NCBI GenBank assembly: GCA_050944155.1
Contig: JBMNQN010000009.1
Location: 1 to 30,900 of the forward strand
Direction: 5' to 3'
Source of the DNA: Candidatus Methanomethylophilaceae archaeon
GTDB taxonomy: Archaea > Thermoplasmatota > Thermoplasmata > Methanomassiliicoccales > Methanomethylophilaceae
DNA length: 30,900 bases
A model generated the notes under the pieces. That model saw only the letters and a program-made list of their open reading frames with translations, was not told where the DNA came from and made no database searches. Of the stretch, positions 26,894 to 30,900 are shown one piece after another; within the stretch, counting starts at the first letter, position 1; every line of letters starts with the position of its first letter. Made by a program: the position numbers and the translations under genes.

Positions 26894-27658
26894 TCACCTC
26901 AGACTTACGGAACGTCCGCACTCGTCTCTCTTTCTTTTTCCGAAATCCTTCAGGGATTCCAGCTGTTCCGAACCGAATACGGGGCCGTCCATGCAGACTC
27001 TCTGTCCGTCCATGACGCAGCTTCCGCAGACCCCCGCGCCGCACTTCATGTAGCGTTCGAGGGAAAGTCTGCATTCGATGCCGTTTTCTTTGCAGGCGAG
27101 ATAGAGATAGTAAAGCATGATTTCGGGGCCGCACCCTATTACCAGGTCGTAATTTCCCGAGGCCATTTTTTCCTTTGCCAGCTGAACCGCGTTTCCGTGG
27201 AATCCTTCGGAACCGTCGTCGGTGGAGATCCAGACGTTTTCGGAATATTTTTTCATCTCGTCGTAAAGAATGATTTCGTCTTTGTTTCTGGCACCTATCA
27301 CCGCGTCGCATCCCGTTTCTTTCACGGCAGGGAGAACGGACGCCGTTCCGACCCCTCCCATTACCGCAAGAATCTTTTTGTTTCTGCCGAGCCCGTACCC
27401 GTTTCCGTAGGGGCCCCTGACCCTCAGATAATCCCCTACGTTTGTTTTGTGGAGGGCCGCGGTGGCTTCCCCTATGTTTTTCACCGTTATGCTTTTCGTA
27501 CTTCCGGTGCCCGACAAAGACATGGGTATTTCGTCGATCCCGGGAATCCACACCATTACGAACTGACCGGGAGACGCGGGAACGTCCCAGACGAATTCCA
27601 GAGTGCACGTGTCTTTGCTCTCTTTTCTTTTGCCGGTTATTCTGACGGTTTCAGGCAT
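26894..27658 (-). CDS. pyrK: Dihydroorotate dehydrogenase electron transfer subunit
   Basis: PGQFVMVW, RGPYGNG, GGVG, TDDGS.G, CGPE.M, MKCGAGVCGSC...VCMDGPVF; ATG 27658 overlaps pyrD stop. Confidence 0.94.
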   Translation of the reverse strand: MPETVRITGKRKESKDTCTLEFVWDVPASPGQFVMVWIPGIDEIPMSLSGTGSTKSITVKNIGEATAALHKTNVGDYLRVRGPYGNGYGLGRNKKILAVMGGVGTASVLPAVKETGCDAVIGARNKDEIILYDEMKKYSENVWISTDDGSEGFHGNAVQLAKEKMASGNYDLVIGCGPEIMLYYLYLACKENGIECRLSLERYMKCGAGVCGSCVMDGQRVCMDGPVFGSEQLESLKDFGKRKRDECGRSVSLR

Positions 27659-28556
27659 GTGCGGCACCTACCATTTCTTCCAGAGAGCCGTAGCCCTGTT
27701 CTTCCGCGAAAAGTTCCAGTCCCTTGTTTATTTCGGAGAAAACTTCCGGGCCCTTCGTTCCCACGGCGCTTCCTATCTGGAACGCGCAGGCGCCCGCCAT
27801 CATGTATTCGGCGGCATCTCTCCAGTGGGATATTCCGCCCACTCCCACTACAGGTATGCTCAGGGCGGTTCTCAGGTCGTATACCGCACGCACTCCCACA
27901 GGCTTCACGGCGGGACCGGAAAGTCCTCCGAATCTGTTGCTGAGTACGGGTCTTTTCAGTTCCGGGGATATGACCATGGCTTTCAGCGTGTTTATGGCGA
28001 CGACGGCATCCGCTCCCCCGTTCTCGGCGGCTCTGCCCAAATCCGCAACCGAAGACGTGTTGGGAGTGAGTTTTGCCCATACGGGTATTTTCACCGCACC
28101 GCACACGGCGGACACTATCTTTTCGATGTTTTTGGGGTCGGAACCTATCTCGGCTCCGTATCCCGCTGCGTGGGGGCAGGAAAGATTCAGTTCCACGGCG
28201 GAAGCCTTCATGTCTTCCATTTTTCCCGCCAGGAAAGCAAATTCTTCTGCATTTGAGCCGAATACCGAACCGATAATCGGACCGGCGCGGACGGCAATCT
28301 CCATCTCTTCCGCAAACTCTTCGATACCGGGATTGGGAAGTCCCATGGCGTTTACGAAACCCCCCGCGACTTCCGTGAAAGTCGGGTTTCCGTGACCCTT
28401 TCTCGGAACCGAACCTATGGATTTAGTCACCACTGCTCCCGCGCCGGATTCGATCATGCGGACCATGGATTCTCCGGTTTCGTCCATGATTCCGGACGCG
28501 ACCATGCCGGGATGTTCCAGCTTCAGTTTTCCAACGGAAACGGATAATCTGCCCAT
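27651..28556 (-). CDS. pyrD: Dihydroorotate dehydrogenase B, catalytic subunit
   Basis: ASG, VTKS, NAMGLPNPG, ELNLSCPH, KLTPN, INT, GGLSG.AVKP, GVGGI. Confidence 0.95.
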   Translation of the reverse strand: MGRLSVSVGKLKLEHPGMVASGIMDETGESMVRMIESGAGAVVTKSIGSVPRKGHGNPTFTEVAGGFVNAMGLPNPGIEEFAEEMEIAVRAGPIIGSVFGSNAEEFAFLAGKMEDMKASAVELNLSCPHAAGYGAEIGSDPKNIEKIVSAVCGAVKIPVWAKLTPNTSSVADLGRAAENGGADAVVAINTLKAMVISPELKRPVLSNRFGGLSGPAVKPVGVRAVYDLRTALSIPVVGVGGISHWRDAAEYMMAGACAFQIGSAVGTKGPEVFSEINKGLELFAEEQGYGSLEEMVGAAHA

Positions 28557-28666
28557 TGCGGCAGTTATGCAGGTTTTGATTATAATCTCTTGCGATTTCC
28601 TTACGAGGGGGATAATGCCCGTTCGCGTATGCGCAACCGTAAAAAACGGGAAGGATATAGACGGTC

Positions 28667-29869
28667 ATGGACATGAGAAAGCTGAGGGAGGATTTTCCCA
28701 CTCTGCGCAGAAGCGACGATGTTTATCTGGACAGCGCCTGCCAATCCCTCAGACCGGATTCGGTGATTAAAGCCATAACCGACTACTATACGGAATATCC
28801 CTCCTGCGGAGACCGCAGCGTCCACTCCATGGGTTCCAGAGTGTCGCTTATGGAAGACAACACAAGGGAATCCCTTTCGAAACTGTTCGGTACGGACAAC
28901 CCCGACTGTTACGTTTTTACGAAAAACACCACCGAAGCCCTGAACACCGTGGCGTTCGGACTGGGACTCGAAAGCGGGGATACAGTGGTCACGACGGATT
29001 CCGAACACAACTCGAATCACGTCCCCTGGCTCGTTCTCTCTAAAGAAAAAGGCATCCGCCGCCGTTACGTCAGAACGGATGCGGATGGCGAATTCGACAT
29101 GGAGTCTTTCAAAGACTGTTTGGACGGAACCGTCAAAGCCGTATCCGTTCACCATTCCAGCAACGTAACCGGATGTACGATGCCGGTCCGCGAAATCTGT
29201 GAAATGGCTCATGACATAGGTGCCAAAGTCGTCATAGACGGTGCGCAGGCCGCACCCCACATGAAAGTGGACCTGGAAAAAATCGATCCGGATTTCTACT
29301 GTTTTTCCATGCACAAAATGCTGGGTCCTTCGGGAATGGGCATAATGTACGGAAAATACGAAGAACTGGAGAAACTCAGGCCTCTGACCTTCGGAGGCGG
29401 AACCGTGGGAAGGGTGACTTACGAAAACGTCACATTCGCGTCCCCTCCCGCGAAATTCGAGTCGGGACTTCAGAATTACTCGGGAATAGCGGGAACCGGC
29501 GCCGCCGTGGAATATCTGAGAAAAGTCGGTATGGAAAACGTGGAAGAGCAGGACAGAAAGCTCATGAGAGCCATCGTTTCGGAAACCAAGGACATCGAGG
29601 GTCTGGAAATCGTAGGCCCCGAAGACCCGGACAGAAGGGGAAGCGTGTTTTCCTTCAACATCAAAGGACTCACGCCCCACGACATCGCTCTGACGCTGGA
29701 TTACATGCACGTGATGATACGCTCGGGAATGCACTGCGCCCACCCCTATTTCGAAGGAAAACATACCGCCGGCAGCGCAAGGGCTTCCGTTTATCTGTAC
29801 AACGACAAAGAAGACGTAAAGCGTTTCGCGGAAGCGCTGAGAACGGTTGCGGACAACTATTCCGTCTGA
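28667..29869 (+). CDS. Cysteine desulfurase, class V PLP enzyme (SufS/Csd type)
   Basis: YLDSA, EHNSN, DGAQ, FSMHKMLGPSG (PLP Lys), RSGMHCA catalytic Cys, RASVYLYN. Confidence 0.92.
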   Translation: MDMRKLREDFPTLRRSDDVYLDSACQSLRPDSVIKAITDYYTEYPSCGDRSVHSMGSRVSLMEDNTRESLSKLFGTDNPDCYVFTKNTTEALNTVAFGLGLESGDTVVTTDSEHNSNHVPWLVLSKEKGIRRRYVRTDADGEFDMESFKDCLDGTVKAVSVHHSSNVTGCTMPVREICEMAHDIGAKVVIDGAQAAPHMKVDLEKIDPDFYCFSMHKMLGPSGMGIMYGKYEELEKLRPLTFGGGTVGRVTYENVTFASPPAKFESGLQNYSGIAGTGAAVEYLRKVGMENVEEQDRKLMRAIVSETKDIEGLEIVGPEDPDRRGSVFSFNIKGLTPHDIALTLDYMHVMIRSGMHCAHPYFEGKHTAGSARASVYLYNDKEDVKRFAEALRTVADNYSV

Positions 29870-30238
29870 TTACACGGCGGCAAGGCCGTCCGCGGTGCGT
29901 TTAAGCGTGACCGTATCGCCGTAACCGATCGTAATGTCCGAGCATTCGCATTCGGTAATCGAACGGTACTCTCCCTTTCCGCTCGTTAAGATGACGAAGT
30001 GGCCGTCCGCATACAGACTGCAGTCCGATCCCGGAAGGATTTCCCAGCCCCTCAGCGTAAGGGTTTCCGCCTCCGAGTAATAAAAAGTGTCGAGAAGACC
30101 GGCCAGGGAATCCGTTTCTCCGGCCATGGCACCGTCTTCTTTTTCGGCGTAGATTCCCGTCAGGGGAGCCGCAACCGCCCCCAGGAGCAGGACTCCGCAG
30201 ATGCAGAGTGCCACTCTGGAAAGTGTGAAGTCAAGCAA
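29870..30238 (-). CDS. Hypothetical N-terminally membrane-anchored protein of the pilin-like operon
   Basis: TTG start after AAGGTGA, overlaps the upstream stop; single N-terminal hydrophobic helix. Confidence 0.7.
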   Translation of the reverse strand: MLDFTLSRVALCICGVLLLGAVAAPLTGIYAEKEDGAMAGETDSLAGLLDTFYYSEAETLTLRGWEILPGSDCSLYADGHFVILTSGKGEYRSITECECSDITIGYGDTVTLKRTADGLAAV

Positions 30239-30665
30239 TTACGGTCACCTTAACCCCGCATTCCTTCGGACTTTCCACGTATTCGAAACAGAGTTTCAGC
30301 GTTCCCGTCAGGATCATGTGGGAACAGAATTTCACCGGAGGCCGTTCCATCACTGTGCATCCAACTTCCTCGTTCCCGCTGAACATCTTTATTCTGTAGG
30401 CGTCGGAACCGTCTCCGCCGATCTCCAGCATGCAGTTTCCCGCAATCCGGACATCTGCCGTGTAAACGCTTCCGGTTCCCCCGTAGTACGCCTTTTCCGC
30501 CGTCGCGGACATTATGTCCGCCTGTTCTCTGAGTCCGGCGGCGTCCGATTCTTTTTCGAGGTGTCCCGCCGCCCCCATCATTATCGGGACGGCGACGGCG
30601 AGAATCAGGAAAGCCGTCGCAAGCCTCACGGGCATGCCGATGACGCCTTTCCTGTTCATCCTCAT
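30231..30665 (-). CDS. Type IV pilin-like protein with class III signal peptide
   Basis: MRMNRKG|VIGMPVRLATAFLILAVAVPIMMG: short basic leader, KG cleavage site, hydrophobic stretch. Confidence 0.75.
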   Translation of the reverse strand: MRMNRKGVIGMPVRLATAFLILAVAVPIMMGAAGHLEKESDAAGLREQADIMSATAEKAYYGGTGSVYTADVRIAGNCMLEIGGDGSDAYRIKMFSGNEEVGCTVMERPPVKFCSHMILTGTLKLCFEYVESPKECGVKVTVIA

Positions 30666-30900
30666 CCTATCACCGCAATCCTTGCTGTGTTGTTCTCTCC
30701 GAAATCCGGATGGGAGACGTTCACGGTTACGAATCCGATGTCTCCTTTCATGGTTATGCGGAGTCCGTTGAACGATATCTTTCCGTCGGAATCGGTGTGT
30801 CCGTGTGCGGTTTTTCCGTAAACGTCGGTTACTCCGAGTCCGGTGAGGACGACGGTTGCGCCTTCGATGGGGTTTCCGTCCTGATCCGTGACTCTGATGT
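30662..30900 (-). CDS. Partial CDS (3' end) with carboxypeptidase-regulatory-like beta-sandwich domain
   Basis: Not in the ORF track; translates IRVTDQDGNPIEGATVVLTG...TDSDGKISF...ARIAVIG*, with TGA overlapping the ATG at 30665. Confidence 0.75.
   Translation of the reverse strand, partial: IRVTDQDGNPIEGATVVLTGLGVTDVYGKTAHGHTDSDGKISFNGLRITMKGDIGFVTVNVSHPDFGENNTARIAVIG

Noticed and set aside
26534-27943. 469-aa plus-strand ORF
   Set aside because: Spans three real minus-strand genes and has no recognisable domain
1-30900. CRISPR array, IS elements, rRNA
   Set aside because: No regularly spaced repeats, transposase motifs or rRNA-like segments seen; the window is almost fully coding

Overview
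Archaeal chromosomal segment, most likely a host-associated Methanomassiliicoccales/Thermoplasmatota methanogen. This is inferred from archaeal TBP, ABCE1, MetRS, a G37 tRNA-Cys, TATA-type promoters, an adhesin-like surface protein and near-absence of TAG stops. It holds about 34 CDS (one partial) and one tRNA, with no mobile element, CRISPR array or rRNA visible. Most of it is housekeeping and transport: cysK-metA, cobO, MFS, CDF, CaCA, ABCE1, three tandem MATEs, metG, tbp, parvulin, pyrD-pyrK, cysteine desulfurase and the end of a pilin-like operon. The standout is a compact locus at about 4057-6797. A 107-aa peptide with a hydrophilic leader-like N-terminus and an 11-Cys C-terminal core ending WTYWPN sits 19 bp upstream of a radical SAM/SPASM enzyme. 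It is divergent from a DUF5685-like protein carrying two DDxxD motifs, and a perfect 17-bp palindrome lies in the shared promoter region. This is a candidate archaeal RiPP or peptide-modification system. A second oddity is a tRNA-Cys(GCA) with C73 rather than the canonical U73 discriminator. All family calls come from motif recognition only; no searches were run.
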